Shown here: positions 1 through 8,083 of the stretch, one piece after another
Layout of the letters: every line of letters starts with the position of its first letter
Position numbering within the stretch: position 1 is the stretch's first letter
From: a virus
Virus record (IMG/VR): IMGVR_UViG_3300045988_093262
Strand: one strand, 5' to 3'
DNA length: 31,869 nt
The notes under the pieces: generated by a model
The model's input: only the letters and a program-made list of their open reading frames with translations
What the model was told of the DNA's origin: nothing
Databases searched by the model: none
Position numbers and translations under genes: made by a program

Positions 1-141
1 ACCGACGGTGCCGGTGATGCCGGACGCGATTGAGCCAATCCTCCCAGATGCTTGGTCGTCCACTCCAATCTTGACCATGAGGTCCAGAAGATTCATCTAG
101 ACCAGCTCCAATCCAGCCGCCTTGATAACGTCGGCGGCAAT
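1..141. repeat. Exact duplicate of 31729-31869 (assembly overlap of a circular or circularly permuted genome; unit length 31,728 bp)
   Basis: Direct comparison: bases 1-141 are identical to 31729-31869. The copy lies inside the start of the tape measure gene, so a genuine terminal repeat is unlikely. Confidence 0.9.
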
Positions 142-710
142 CTCGTCACCACTTCTGGTGTCCTGAGGCTTTTGGTGCAGCATGTCCTTCAAATGCTGCG
201 TCGGGTACTTATGCTGCGGTGCGAGCCTTAGCGCCTCGGCCACGTACTCCCATCGCAAGGCCTCCTCGGCCCTCTCCTTCGCCCTAGCGGCAGCGTAGCA
301 AAGGAAAGGGCGCACACGCCGTGGTCCGGTGTATGCGCCCAAGGCGAGCCATAGTGCGTCTGGGTCGGTGGCCGCTACTCGAAAAAAGAGCCGAAGTCCT
401 CGTCCGTCAGAAGCTCCACGAGGTCGGCCATGAGCTTGGCAAGCGTCAGCCCGTCCGCGTACTCCTCGGGCGTCTTGCCGTCGAGGGCTGCGAGAATCTG
501 CATGATTTCTGGCTTGTGAGCCTTCACGAGCTTGGGGAGGCCCTTCTTCACGCACTCGGTGGCGTACTGGTAGCGGTCCACCCCGTCAGGACAACCCTTG
601 CCGCTGAAGAGGTTCTTAACCTCCTCGTCCTGGACGAGCGCGATGATGGGACCGGTGATGTCGGCGAGCACGTCCAAGCAGGCGTCGCCCTTGATGTCCG
701 AAAGCTTCAA
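97..710 (-). CDS. Tail assembly chaperone GT fusion made by programmed -1 frameshift; the T extension is encoded by 97-389
   Basis: The minus-strand heptamer TTTTTTC (plus 381-387) sits at the end of G. The -1 frame is open for about 95 more codons (RVAATDPDALWLALGAY...AAGLELV) and stops 2 nt before the tape measure start. This is the canonical G/GT position. Confidence 0.7.
375..710 (-). CDS. Tail assembly chaperone G (gpG-like)
   Basis: 111-aa ORF between the major tail protein and the tape measure gene. Ends ...DEDFGSFFE. A slippery U_UUU_UUC heptamer lies at its 3' end. Confidence 0.75.
   Translation of the reverse strand: MKLSDIKGDACLDVLADITGPIIALVQDEEVKNLFSGKGCPDGVDRYQYATECVKKGLPKLVKAHKPEIMQILAALDGKTPEEYADGLTLAKLMADLVELLTDEDFGSFFE
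381..387 (-). promoter_or_regulatory. -1 ribosomal frameshift slippery heptamer U UUU UUC
   Basis: Minus strand reads GGC TCT TTT TTC GAG TAG. The heptamer is of the XXXYYYZ type and lies immediately before the G stop codon. Confidence 0.65.
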
Positions 711-724
711 CTCTGTCTCTCCTT

Positions 725-1321
725 CTACTTCGAGGTCCCGGCGGTGCCTGCCTTGACGTAAATCTCAAAGGGCGGCGTGTCCTGCTTCTCCATGGAGTAG
801 TGGCCGGTGAACTCGAACTCGAACTGGCCCTTTGCCTTGTCGGAGGTGGTGAGCTGGAATCCGCCCGTGCTCAGGGCGTTCATGACGTGGATGGCGAGGA
901 AGCCGGCAGACTTTTCGGTGTTGATGTCGGAGTAGTCGCCCACGAACCACACATCCGCGAAGTCGTCGGCGGTGAGGTCGTTGCGCGGGACGACCTTGGT
1001 TGCGTCGGAGGAATCCTTGCTGCCGGCTCCAACGAGGGTCTTGGCGAGGTCGGCGGAGACGGTGACGAAGGTGCCGGAGAGCACGACCTCCCAGCTCTCC
1101 AACCTCTTCAGCTCCTTCATGTTCTTCGGGCAGTTGTCGATGTCCTCGCCGAAGTCCGTATACGAGGGGGTAGCGGTGAAGCTGATGCCGCCCGTGGTGG
1201 CTCCGAGGATGGAGGACTTGTCGAGGGTGGCGGTGCCAGGGGTGAAGCTGGAAGTGATGATGCCGGCGTTGAGCTGGAGCTGCTTGAAGGTGGTGGTCGG
1301 AATCTGAGTGAATGCTGCCAT
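725..1321 (-). CDS. Major tail protein
   Basis: 198 aa, rich in T, S and G, with a beta-rich composition. Lies directly upstream of the G/GT chaperones, as is typical for siphoviruses. Confidence 0.7.
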   Translation of the reverse strand: MAAFTQIPTTTFKQLQLNAGIITSSFTPGTATLDKSSILGATTGGISFTATPSYTDFGEDIDNCPKNMKELKRLESWEVVLSGTFVTVSADLAKTLVGAGSKDSSDATKVVPRNDLTADDFADVWFVGDYSDINTEKSAGFLAIHVMNALSTGGFQLTTSDKAKGQFEFEFTGHYSMEKQDTPPFEIYVKAGTAGTSK

Positions 1322-1331
1322 TTGAACCTCC

Positions 1332-1697
1332 CTAGAGGCCGATGAATTCGATGTCGATATTGAGGTGGCGGCGTCTCACGTTGCCGCCGTCCTCGGTGAC
1401 GGACTGGCAGAACGGGCTGCCCCTCTTGAGCCACATTCCCCCGCCGTCGTAGGGGAGCATGACGCCACCGAGTCCCAAGGCCTTGCCAATCTCGTCAGCC
1501 TTGGCGTTGGGGACGGCCTCCGAGGTGGTCCGGTACCAGACGTTGACTGTCTCGTTGACCTCTCCGCTGAGGATGTCCCCCGTAGCCCAGTCGTAGGTCA
1601 CATAGGGGAGCTTGGTGTCTGAGGTCACAGAGGAGGAGGCGTAGACGGGGAGGCCGAAGGACTCTAGCCAACTCTGGAATGCCTCGGCGCTAGTCAT
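1332..1697 (-). CDS. Tail terminator or tail completion protein
   Basis: 121-aa ORF between the head-tail joining genes and the major tail protein. Assignment is by position. Confidence 0.45.
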   Translation of the reverse strand: MTSAEAFQSWLESFGLPVYASSSVTSDTKLPYVTYDWATGDILSGEVNETVNVWYRTTSEAVPNAKADEIGKALGLGGVMLPYDGGGMWLKRGSPFCQSVTEDGGNVRRRHLNIDIEFIGL

Positions 1698-2010
1698 CCG
1701 GCACCTCCCATCGCTCGGCTTGGTACTGGACGAAGGCGAAGGACGCCCTCCCGGGGGTCTCGGTGGCCTCGCTGGTGACCCTTGCGACGAGGCCGTCAGA
1801 CTCTCGCCTGATGACCTCGTGGAAGCTGAGCTGGGCCTGCGTGGTCACGGTGAACGTGGCGGACGGCTCGGCCTTTTCTGCCACGGTGGAGACGGTCGCG
1901 GAGTCGCGGACGATTGCCGCCTCGAATGGCTTGGAGGGCTTCCAACTCGTAGTCTGCCCTCCCTGACCGTCAGGGGTGGAGGTCTTTTCCAGCCTGACGC
2001 ACTCTCCCAT
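1690..2010 (-). CDS. Head-tail joining or head closure protein
   Basis: The ORF 1690-2196 has an N-terminus that is out-of-frame overlap with the upstream gene. The internal Met (MGECVRLEK...) gives a protein of about 106 aa in the head-tail module. Confidence 0.4.
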   Translation of the reverse strand: MGECVRLEKTSTPDGQGGQTTSWKPSKPFEAAIVRDSATVSTVAEKAEPSATFTVTTQAQLSFHEVIRRESDGLVARVTSEATETPGRASFAFVQYQAERWEVPDD

Positions 2011-2027
2011 GAAGTCCTGCCAGAGCA

Positions 2028-2459
2028 CTAGAGCCGCCTCCACCTGTTGAGCTGGTCTCGGAAGTGCGCGCGCCACCCTGAGGACGCGTAGGAACCGCTC
2101 TGAGGGACGCTGACGCCCTCCTTGCTGTAGGAGTAGCCCCCGAAGCTCTCGGAGGCATAGGGGGCGTCCAGCGTCTTCTGGTTGGACCGGACCCACTCCT
2201 CAATCTCTTGGGACAGCGCGGTGACGGCGGGCGGGATGGCAAGCGCCCTGACCTCCCCCGCAAACTCCTCGTCCACCATGTCGGAGACGGGCCAGCAATG
2301 GAGGCCGTCGTTGAAGGTCGAGCCGACGACCCGGAGGTACTGGCCGTCCTTGAGGAACCCCTCGGGGAGGAGGAGCGCCCCGCCGGCGACCTTGAAGGTG
2401 CCGACGAGGCTGTCTCTCTCGAACCAGTTGTTCAGGGTGCGGAGAATCTCCTCGAGCAT
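2028..2459 (-). CDS. Head-tail connector or adaptor protein
   Basis: 143-aa ORF immediately downstream of the major capsid gene. Assignment is by position. Confidence 0.4.
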   Translation of the reverse strand: MLEEILRTLNNWFERDSLVGTFKVAGGALLLPEGFLKDGQYLRVVGSTFNDGLHCWPVSDMVDEEFAGEVRALAIPPAVTALSQEIEEWVRSNQKTLDAPYASESFGGYSYSKEGVSVPQSGSYASSGWRAHFRDQLNRWRRL

Positions 2460-2468
2460 GGGCTACTC

Positions 2469-3446
2469 CTAGGCCCCGGTCTTCGGGGTGACGACGATGC
2501 CCTTCAGGTGGCCGGCCTTCAGGGTGTTCTTCAGGGCCACGCCAGCCACAAGCTCGACCTCGCCCTTCTTCACAGCGCCCGGGGCGGTCAGGTCGGGCAT
2601 GTAGGAGTTGATGACGCCGGTGCCAACCGGGGACACGCCGCAGAAGCCGTCAAGGGCCACGTTGATGGCGTAGATGTCGGAGGTACCGGCCTTTGAGGCA
2701 GTGGCGGCGGTGTCGGCGATGACGTCCTTCGTGTTCATGCCGTCGAAGTAGTTGCCGGCGTCAATCAGGGGAATGCCGTTGTAGAGGTCCACGGTGCGGC
2801 CAAAGTCGTCCTTGGTGCGCTCGTAGTAGCCGCAGCGGCGGGCGATGCCACGGAGGCGGGCCAGCATCTTGCGGTTCATGAGCAGCATGGTCGGGGTGCC
2901 GTCCATGGTGGAGAGCCAAGCGTCGAGCTCGTCGAGGAAGGCGTTCTTGTTGGCGTCCATGAGGGCCGCGGTGGAAATGTCCACGGTGGAAGCGACCTCG
3001 GTGGAGGAATCCTTCACAAGCTCGGCGATGCCGTCGAACTTGTCGGTCGCCTTCTTCGCGTTCAGGACGAGGTTGTGGAACTCGTTCGCGGTGGCCTTAA
3101 TCTTCTGCTCGGCCTGGAACGCAAGCTCGTCCACGGCTCCGGAGGTGTTCTGGAGCACGCGGTCGACCTCGAAGGAGCCGCCCATGATGGCGAGCTGGAC
3201 GGTCTTCTCCTCGCGAACCGCGTCGCCAGAGGTGTACTCGGCGTTGATTTCGCGGGTGGCAGCGGTGGAGGGGGTCTTCAGCTGGATGTAGCCGTAGGAG
3301 AGGGTGGAGCCGCCAGTGCCGGGGGCGACTGCGTTGTCGAAAATCAGGTTGTCGAGCAGGTAGGAGGAGCGGCGGAAGGAGTCGATGACCTGCTGGTCTA
3401 CCTTGTCGGCCATGCCGACCTTCGCCTGCGCGAGAGTGATAGCCAT
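2469..3446 (-). CDS. Major capsid protein (HK97 fold)
   Basis: 325 aa. The N-terminus MAITLAQAKVG... and the composition are typical of HK97-like capsid proteins of Gram-positive phages. It follows the scaffold gene. Confidence 0.8.
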   Translation of the reverse strand: MAITLAQAKVGMADKVDQQVIDSFRRSSYLLDNLIFDNAVAPGTGGSTLSYGYIQLKTPSTAATREINAEYTSGDAVREEKTVQLAIMGGSFEVDRVLQNTSGAVDELAFQAEQKIKATANEFHNLVLNAKKATDKFDGIAELVKDSSTEVASTVDISTAALMDANKNAFLDELDAWLSTMDGTPTMLLMNRKMLARLRGIARRCGYYERTKDDFGRTVDLYNGIPLIDAGNYFDGMNTKDVIADTAATASKAGTSDIYAINVALDGFCGVSPVGTGVINSYMPDLTAPGAVKKGEVELVAGVALKNTLKAGHLKGIVVTPKTGA

Positions 3447-3468
3447 TCTCTAGTCCAATCTCTGGTGG

Positions 3469-4005
3469 TTAGTCGTACTTCTGGTGGAGGGCGGCGGCAA
3501 GGTTCTCAGGCTCGGGGTCGCTCGGGTCGGTCGCCGGTGGGGTGTCGACGCGTGCGGTCTTGGTCTTGACCGTCCCGATGAAGTCTGCCCACGTGTCGCG
3601 GATGCTCTCGGAGAGCTTGTCCGCGTCCTCGATTTCGCCGTCCTTGACGCTGACCTCGCTGAGGTCGGTAACGCGCATGATGGAGTCGATGCGGCGCGCG
3701 TCCACGCCCTGCTCAGCGAGAAGCTTGCGATAGAGCTGCGCCTTCTCGGCGTTGGCCTTCTCGGCGTCCACGGACTTCTTGAACTCCGCGAACTCTGCCC
3801 GCTCGGCGTCCAGCTTGCCCCGAAGCTCCTCAATCTCCTTCTTGCCGGCCTCTCCCGCCTTCTCCTCGGCGATGGAGGCGCGGTCGAGCGCGGCGTCCCT
3901 CTCGGCCTTGAGGGCGTCCACGGTGTCGCCGTGGGCCTTCACGATGGACTCGATTGCGTCCTGCTCGATTCCCAAATCCTTCAGCATCTTGATTGTCAGC
4001 GCCAT
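3469..4005 (-). CDS. Scaffolding protein
   Basis: An internal Met (MALTIKMLKDLG...) gives about 178 aa. The protein is highly charged, rich in E, K and A, and coiled-coil-like (EELRGKLDAERAEFAEFKK). It lies immediately upstream of the capsid gene. Confidence 0.7.
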   Translation of the reverse strand: MALTIKMLKDLGIEQDAIESIVKAHGDTVDALKAERDAALDRASIAEEKAGEAGKKEIEELRGKLDAERAEFAEFKKSVDAEKANAEKAQLYRKLLAEQGVDARRIDSIMRVTDLSEVSVKDGEIEDADKLSESIRDTWADFIGTVKTKTARVDTPPATDPSDPEPENLAAALHQKYD

Positions 4006-4094
4006 TGAATCCCTTTCACTCGGGTCTCTTGCCCCATTCCCTCGGGGCGGTCTGAGCGGGCGGTCCCTCGCCCGGTTCAGGCGGATTGTAGCAC

Positions 4095-4463
4095 CTATGC
4101 GGACTCCAAGCATCCCTTGAGTATGGCGCGGTACTCGTCCGCATGGTCGGCTGCGGCGGGTTTCAGGTACGGGTGCGGGTGCCTGCGGCTCGTCCCAAGC
4201 TCAACATACGGGCCGTATTCAACGTTCGTGCCGATGTAGACCGCGTTCTCCTCCGTGTCGATGGCGTTGGTGATTGAGTTCTTCAGGCGGCCCGTCCTCG
4301 TGGGGCAAATCGCCTTGGCGTTGCCCTCGGCCTGCTGCCCAATCATGACGAGGGCCTTTGCGATTGCCTTGTCCATGGCAGCTTGTATCTGCTCGACGTT
4401 GTTCTCCTGCACCTCTACCAAGGTTGACTTGTCCGAGGAGGTGAGGCCGCTGGTGCTATTCAT
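4095..4463 (-). CDS. HK97 gp10-like family protein
   Basis: The motifs PTRTGRLKNSI and VEYGPYVELGT ... HPYLKPA match the HK97 gp10-like family (PvdTGrLrnSi ... YapyvEfGT). Confidence 0.55.
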   Translation of the reverse strand: MNSTSGLTSSDKSTLVEVQENNVEQIQAAMDKAIAKALVMIGQQAEGNAKAICPTRTGRLKNSITNAIDTEENAVYIGTNVEYGPYVELGTSRRHPHPYLKPAAADHADEYRAILKGCLESA

Positions 4464-4665
4464 CCTGAGACTCCCACCTCGGGCAGGGCATCCCGTCATA
4501 GAGCACCCCGGCGGGCTTCCCGATTCCGTCAGAGCGTCTGTACGCGCCGCAATACGCCTTCTCCACCTCGTCGCCCCAGACGGGTTCCATGCCGGCGTGT
4601 CTGCACGTCTCGCAATACTTGGGGTTGGGCCTCTTGACGCCGAACGTCTGCGAAAGGTCGCTCAC
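4456..4665 (-). CDS. Small Cys-rich hypothetical protein (CxxC ... C ... C)
   Basis: 69-aa ORF directly downstream of the MuF-toxin gene. Contains CETC, YCG and CPRW. Confidence 0.4.
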   Translation of the reverse strand: MSDLSQTFGVKRPNPKYCETCRHAGMEPVWGDEVEKAYCGAYRRSDGIGKPAGVLYDGMPCPRWESQDE

Positions 4666-6617
4666 TTCTTTGCCTCCTGTTGAAAAAGGTCGTAGCCGTC
4701 CTCAGGGTGGAGTTCCATGTCGATGTAATACTTCCCACCCTGGTGCTCAATCTTAGTCACCTTGTAGGAGCCACCCCTCTGGAGGATGACCTCGAACTCG
4801 AGACCGAACCACTCTTGTCCGCTCTTGCCGTCCCACTCCAGTCCGTCGCAACCTCCATATGCGGAAAACGGCTCGGCATAGATGGCGTTGGAGCCTGCCG
4901 GGGCGTAGATGTTGATTATCACGGGCTTTCTGGCGAAGCCGTCTCCCTTCGCTGCGCTCGTGGACCAGAAGCCTCCAACCCTTCCGGAACTTCCGACAAG
5001 CTTTTGCAGCTCGTCGTCCGATAGGCTCGCGAATCCGCCGTCCTCGAGGCCGAAGAACGTGTCCATTGCGTCCGTGCCGGAACCGCGATTGAGCCACATG
5101 TCGTGCTCGTAGCTGCTCTTAGCGATGGCCTCCGTCATCTGTCGGATTTTCATCCCGTAGTGGCGAGAGTCGATGTTCACGTTTCCCGGACCCACGTAGT
5201 TCTCCCGGCCCCACCTGCCGTTCTTGAAGCCGTTCGTGGGCTGGTTCCACTCGTTGGAGTCACTGGTGTAACCGTAGAGGGAACGCTTCTGGTTGGTGGT
5301 CAGAGAGCGCCAAACCTCGCCGGCCTTTGGCCTAAGCTCTGAGTCGGCCTTCTTCTTGTCCTTGAACCACCATGCGGCGTCCTTCCTAGCCTTGGAGAAG
5401 GCGTCTGACGGCTCGGCCCTCGCGATGCCGATCGACTTCCCAAGCTTGTCAAGCTCGGCTTGGAGCCTGTCCACCTCGGAGAGCATGTCTTGGTAGCGCT
5501 TGCCGTACTTCAGGAACCTCTTGGCCTTCGGGCCGTTCGCCTTCTCCGCAAGCTTCTTGTCGTGCTCGAAGCTGTCGAAGGACCACACGAATGGCCAGAA
5601 GTCGTTCTCGTGCGCAGCCTTGAAGTCCATCGCCTTGGACCTGAGCGCGTCAAGCTCGGCGGCCTTCTGGTTGTAGCTGGAAACGGTGGTCTTCCGCTCC
5701 TTGCGCCCCTTCCACTCCTCGAAGCCCTTCCCCTTGAGCGACTTGTCGGCGGCATCGATGAGCGCCTTGGCCTCGGGCATGTCCGCGACCAGCGTGCAGC
5801 GGCAGTTGTAAACCTCCAGCCCCTGTCCGTGGGGGTCTCCCGGAAACGACAGGCCGGGAGCGAACTCGTCATCAATCGGAATCGACACGCCGTTTCTGGC
5901 TGCGTGCTCCGGTCGCGTCTTGGCGTCTCCCGTGGACAGCCACTTCTTCAGGATGACGATTCCAAGCTCCTTGGAGATTTTACGGTAGAAGTCGACCCTC
6001 CCGCCGTTCTCCGCTCCCGTGGTGGCCGTCCTCGCAACCCTGATTGCCGAACCCATGCTCATTCCCGTTGGACCTGCGATACGGTTGGCGATGCCGTCGA
6101 TTGACTCGCCTTGGAGAATCCCCTGAGTGATGGCTGAGCGGACGTGCCGGGAGTTCCAAGCGCTCGACTTGCCCTTCTTGACCTTCGGTGTCGGGTATAG
6201 CTGCGGGTTGTCCCTCATAAGCCGCTCGACGGTCGAGTGGTCGACCAGCTGGAAGCTCGTTCCCAGCCCGGTCCCGCTCTCGACCTCGTAGAGCGCTGCG
6301 TTTGCGTTGAGCGCGTAGACTTCCTCGTTGGACTTTGAGACAATCTTGGCCGCAATCTCCTCGCAAGCCTCCAAGTCGGCCCCGAGGGAGTCGGCCATGT
6401 CAGAAATCCACTGCTGTTTCGCCAGTTGCTCCCTGTTCCACTCCTTGAACTCCTCGGAGCTCAGCGACTTCTTGGCCTTTGCCAGTTCAGACTCGTACTC
6501 CGCTCCGGCCTCCTTGAGCTTGGCTTTCATTTCCGAGTAAGCCTTGGAGTAGGCCGCGTGAATCCTCTTCTCGACGGTTTTCAGCATCTTCTCGGTCTGC
6601 TCGTGCGCCTCGTCCAC
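4662..6617 (-). CDS. MuF/SPP1 gp7-family minor capsid protein fused to a C-terminal C3/VIP2-like mono-ADP-ribosyltransferase toxin domain (MuF polymorphic toxin)
   Basis: The Mu F domain motif is TRPEHAARNG...NCRCT. The C-terminus carries the R-S-E ART signatures: LYGYTSDSNEW (as in YTgSsYqeIN), an Arg, the STS motif FWSTSAA, and the ExE/ARTT motif LEFEVILQRGGSYKV (as in VIP2 EKEVLLDRGSKYKI). GTG start at 6617 with an AAGGGGG ribosome binding site. Confidence 0.85.
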   Translation of the reverse strand: MDEAHEQTEKMLKTVEKRIHAAYSKAYSEMKAKLKEAGAEYESELAKAKKSLSSEEFKEWNREQLAKQQWISDMADSLGADLEACEEIAAKIVSKSNEEVYALNANAALYEVESGTGLGTSFQLVDHSTVERLMRDNPQLYPTPKVKKGKSSAWNSRHVRSAITQGILQGESIDGIANRIAGPTGMSMGSAIRVARTATTGAENGGRVDFYRKISKELGIVILKKWLSTGDAKTRPEHAARNGVSIPIDDEFAPGLSFPGDPHGQGLEVYNCRCTLVADMPEAKALIDAADKSLKGKGFEEWKGRKERKTTVSSYNQKAAELDALRSKAMDFKAAHENDFWPFVWSFDSFEHDKKLAEKANGPKAKRFLKYGKRYQDMLSEVDRLQAELDKLGKSIGIARAEPSDAFSKARKDAAWWFKDKKKADSELRPKAGEVWRSLTTNQKRSLYGYTSDSNEWNQPTNGFKNGRWGRENYVGPGNVNIDSRHYGMKIRQMTEAIAKSSYEHDMWLNRGSGTDAMDTFFGLEDGGFASLSDDELQKLVGSSGRVGGFWSTSAAKGDGFARKPVIINIYAPAGSNAIYAEPFSAYGGCDGLEWDGKSGQEWFGLEFEVILQRGGSYKVTKIEHQGGKYYIDMELHPEDGYDLFQQEAKK

Positions 6618-6688
6618 AGGACCCCCTTATGGAATGAGGCCACCGCCCCTAGGGTGATGGCCTCTTGGCTTTGCTATTCGATTCTAGC

Positions 6689-8083
6689 CTATTCGGCAAC
6701 CGCTCCGAAGTCCACCTTGTCGCGCTCCTCCTCCGAGAGCCTGTCCAGAATCCCCTGCACCTCGGAAGGCTCGATGTTCGGCAGCTTCTTCAGGATGGTT
6801 TCATTGTCGAGCCACTGGGCCTCTTGGGCGACAATCTGCGCCTGCTCAAGCTGGTTGGAGATTCTCGTGCGGGTGAAGACCGGCGTGTCCTCGATTCCTA
6901 GCAGGGAGAGCACCCTCTGCACGAACTCCGACACCTGCCACTCGAAGTCAGCCGCGTTCTCGTCCAATGGCTGGTACGCCGCGTCGATATGGTCGTTAGT
7001 TGCTCCAGCCGCGACCGTGTGGACGTCGAGGCCGCCGAAGTCCTCGTAGATTCCGGCCCTGATGCCGTCGAGGTACTGCTGGCGTGCCTGATACGGGACC
7101 TCTTGGACGTAGGGATTCACCGCTCCTCCGTCCGTGGTGTCGGCCTCGACGATGTGCTGGAATATCAGCTTGTCGCGGAACTTGGCGAGGTCGGCGTCAC
7201 TCATGCCCCCGCGGTTCTCGACAATCCAGTAGATTTGCGCGCAATCGGCGAGGTCGTTCGCGAATCCTGAGCGGATGAGGTCGTAGGAGTCGATGGAGCG
7301 CTCCATGCCAATCAACGTGGACTGGTGGAGCTTGGAACCCCAGAGCGGGACGATTGGGAGGGTGCCGTAGTTCTCCTCGCCGACCAGCGCGTCCTCTCCG
7401 TTCGGGTAGGTGACGACGGTTTGGACGTAGGCCCGCTTCTCCTCGGAGGTGACGAGGGAGGCGTGACTCAGGTCCACGTTGTCGGCAACGAATCGGGTAT
7501 AACCGTCCTCCTCGTACAAGACGCACGTCATTGGACGGTTTGGGGCGATTCTCCAGAAGCGGACTCCCGCCCTCAGGGTTCCGTTGTGCTCGTCCCAGAG
7601 CGGCACGAACTCCGTGAGCGGGAAGTCGTATAGGTGCTCCCCGTTCCAGAAGCCGAAGCTCACGCCGTGGATTAAGGCGTTGTATGCGACGGTCTGGAGG
7701 TCGTGGCCGAAGTGGGGTCCCAGCGCCTTCTTGGTGCCCTCGTCGTCCTTGGAGAACGACACGCCCTTGCCCAGCGAGTATTGACAGCGCTGAGTGTTGA
7801 GCCGGTGGAAGAGGTTGCACGCAATCCTGCTGTTGCTCGCTGTGGGGTCCGCCACCTTCTCGCCGGATGCGGAGTAAATCCACCTCCGGACCTCGTTGAT
7901 GGTCACGTTCATCTGATGGTCGTAGAGGTCGGCCCTCTGGGCGGTCTGAACGGCGTCTGACGCCATGTGAAGCCTCACCGCATCGAGGCAGAACTGCGGC
8001 TTGTCTGACGCCTGCGCGAAGTCCTGATACGTCATCAGCCTTGCGCCGCTTTCCTTGATGTGACCAGTGGCCTTTTGGTTCAT
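6689..8083 (-). CDS. Portal protein (SPP1-type)
   Basis: 464 aa between the large terminase and MuF. Acidic C-terminus. Typical portal size and position. Confidence 0.75.
   Translation of the reverse strand: MNQKATGHIKESGARLMTYQDFAQASDKPQFCLDAVRLHMASDAVQTAQRADLYDHQMNVTINEVRRWIYSASGEKVADPTASNSRIACNLFHRLNTQRCQYSLGKGVSFSKDDEGTKKALGPHFGHDLQTVAYNALIHGVSFGFWNGEHLYDFPLTEFVPLWDEHNGTLRAGVRFWRIAPNRPMTCVLYEEDGYTRFVADNVDLSHASLVTSEEKRAYVQTVVTYPNGEDALVGEENYGTLPIVPLWGSKLHQSTLIGMERSIDSYDLIRSGFANDLADCAQIYWIVENRGGMSDADLAKFRDKLIFQHIVEADTTDGGAVNPYVQEVPYQARQQYLDGIRAGIYEDFGGLDVHTVAAGATNDHIDAAYQPLDENAADFEWQVSEFVQRVLSLLGIEDTPVFTRTRISNQLEQAQIVAQEAQWLDNETILKKLPNIEPSEVQGILDRLSEEERDKVDFGAVAE

Noticed and set aside
1-141. 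The 141-bp end duplication as a genuine direct terminal repeat
   Set aside because: The copy lies inside the tape measure coding sequence and start region, which is implausible for a biological terminal repeat. Overlap from a circular contig is the simpler explanation.
97-555. A stand-alone 152-aa gene at 97-555 (-)
   Set aside because: Its N-terminal half is out-of-frame overlap with chaperone G. Only the part downstream of the slippery site is real, as the T extension of the GT frameshift product.
321-761. Plus-strand ORFs throughout the window, for example 321-761, 800-1345, 5460-6104, 8083-8871, 15157-16029 and 24024-25376
   Set aside because: Every one of them is fully overlapped by a strongly supported minus-strand gene. 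Long antisense ORFs are expected by chance in high-GC DNA, and none has recognisable motifs or ribosome binding sites.
1690-2196. N-terminal extensions of several minus-strand ORFs, including 1690-2196, 3469-4113, 16936-17484, 18311-18769, 22117-22557 and 24924-25439
   Set aside because: The extended N-termini are Arg/Pro/Gly-rich low-complexity sequence that overlaps the preceding gene in another frame. Internal Met codons next to ribosome binding sites give compact, non-overlapping genes.
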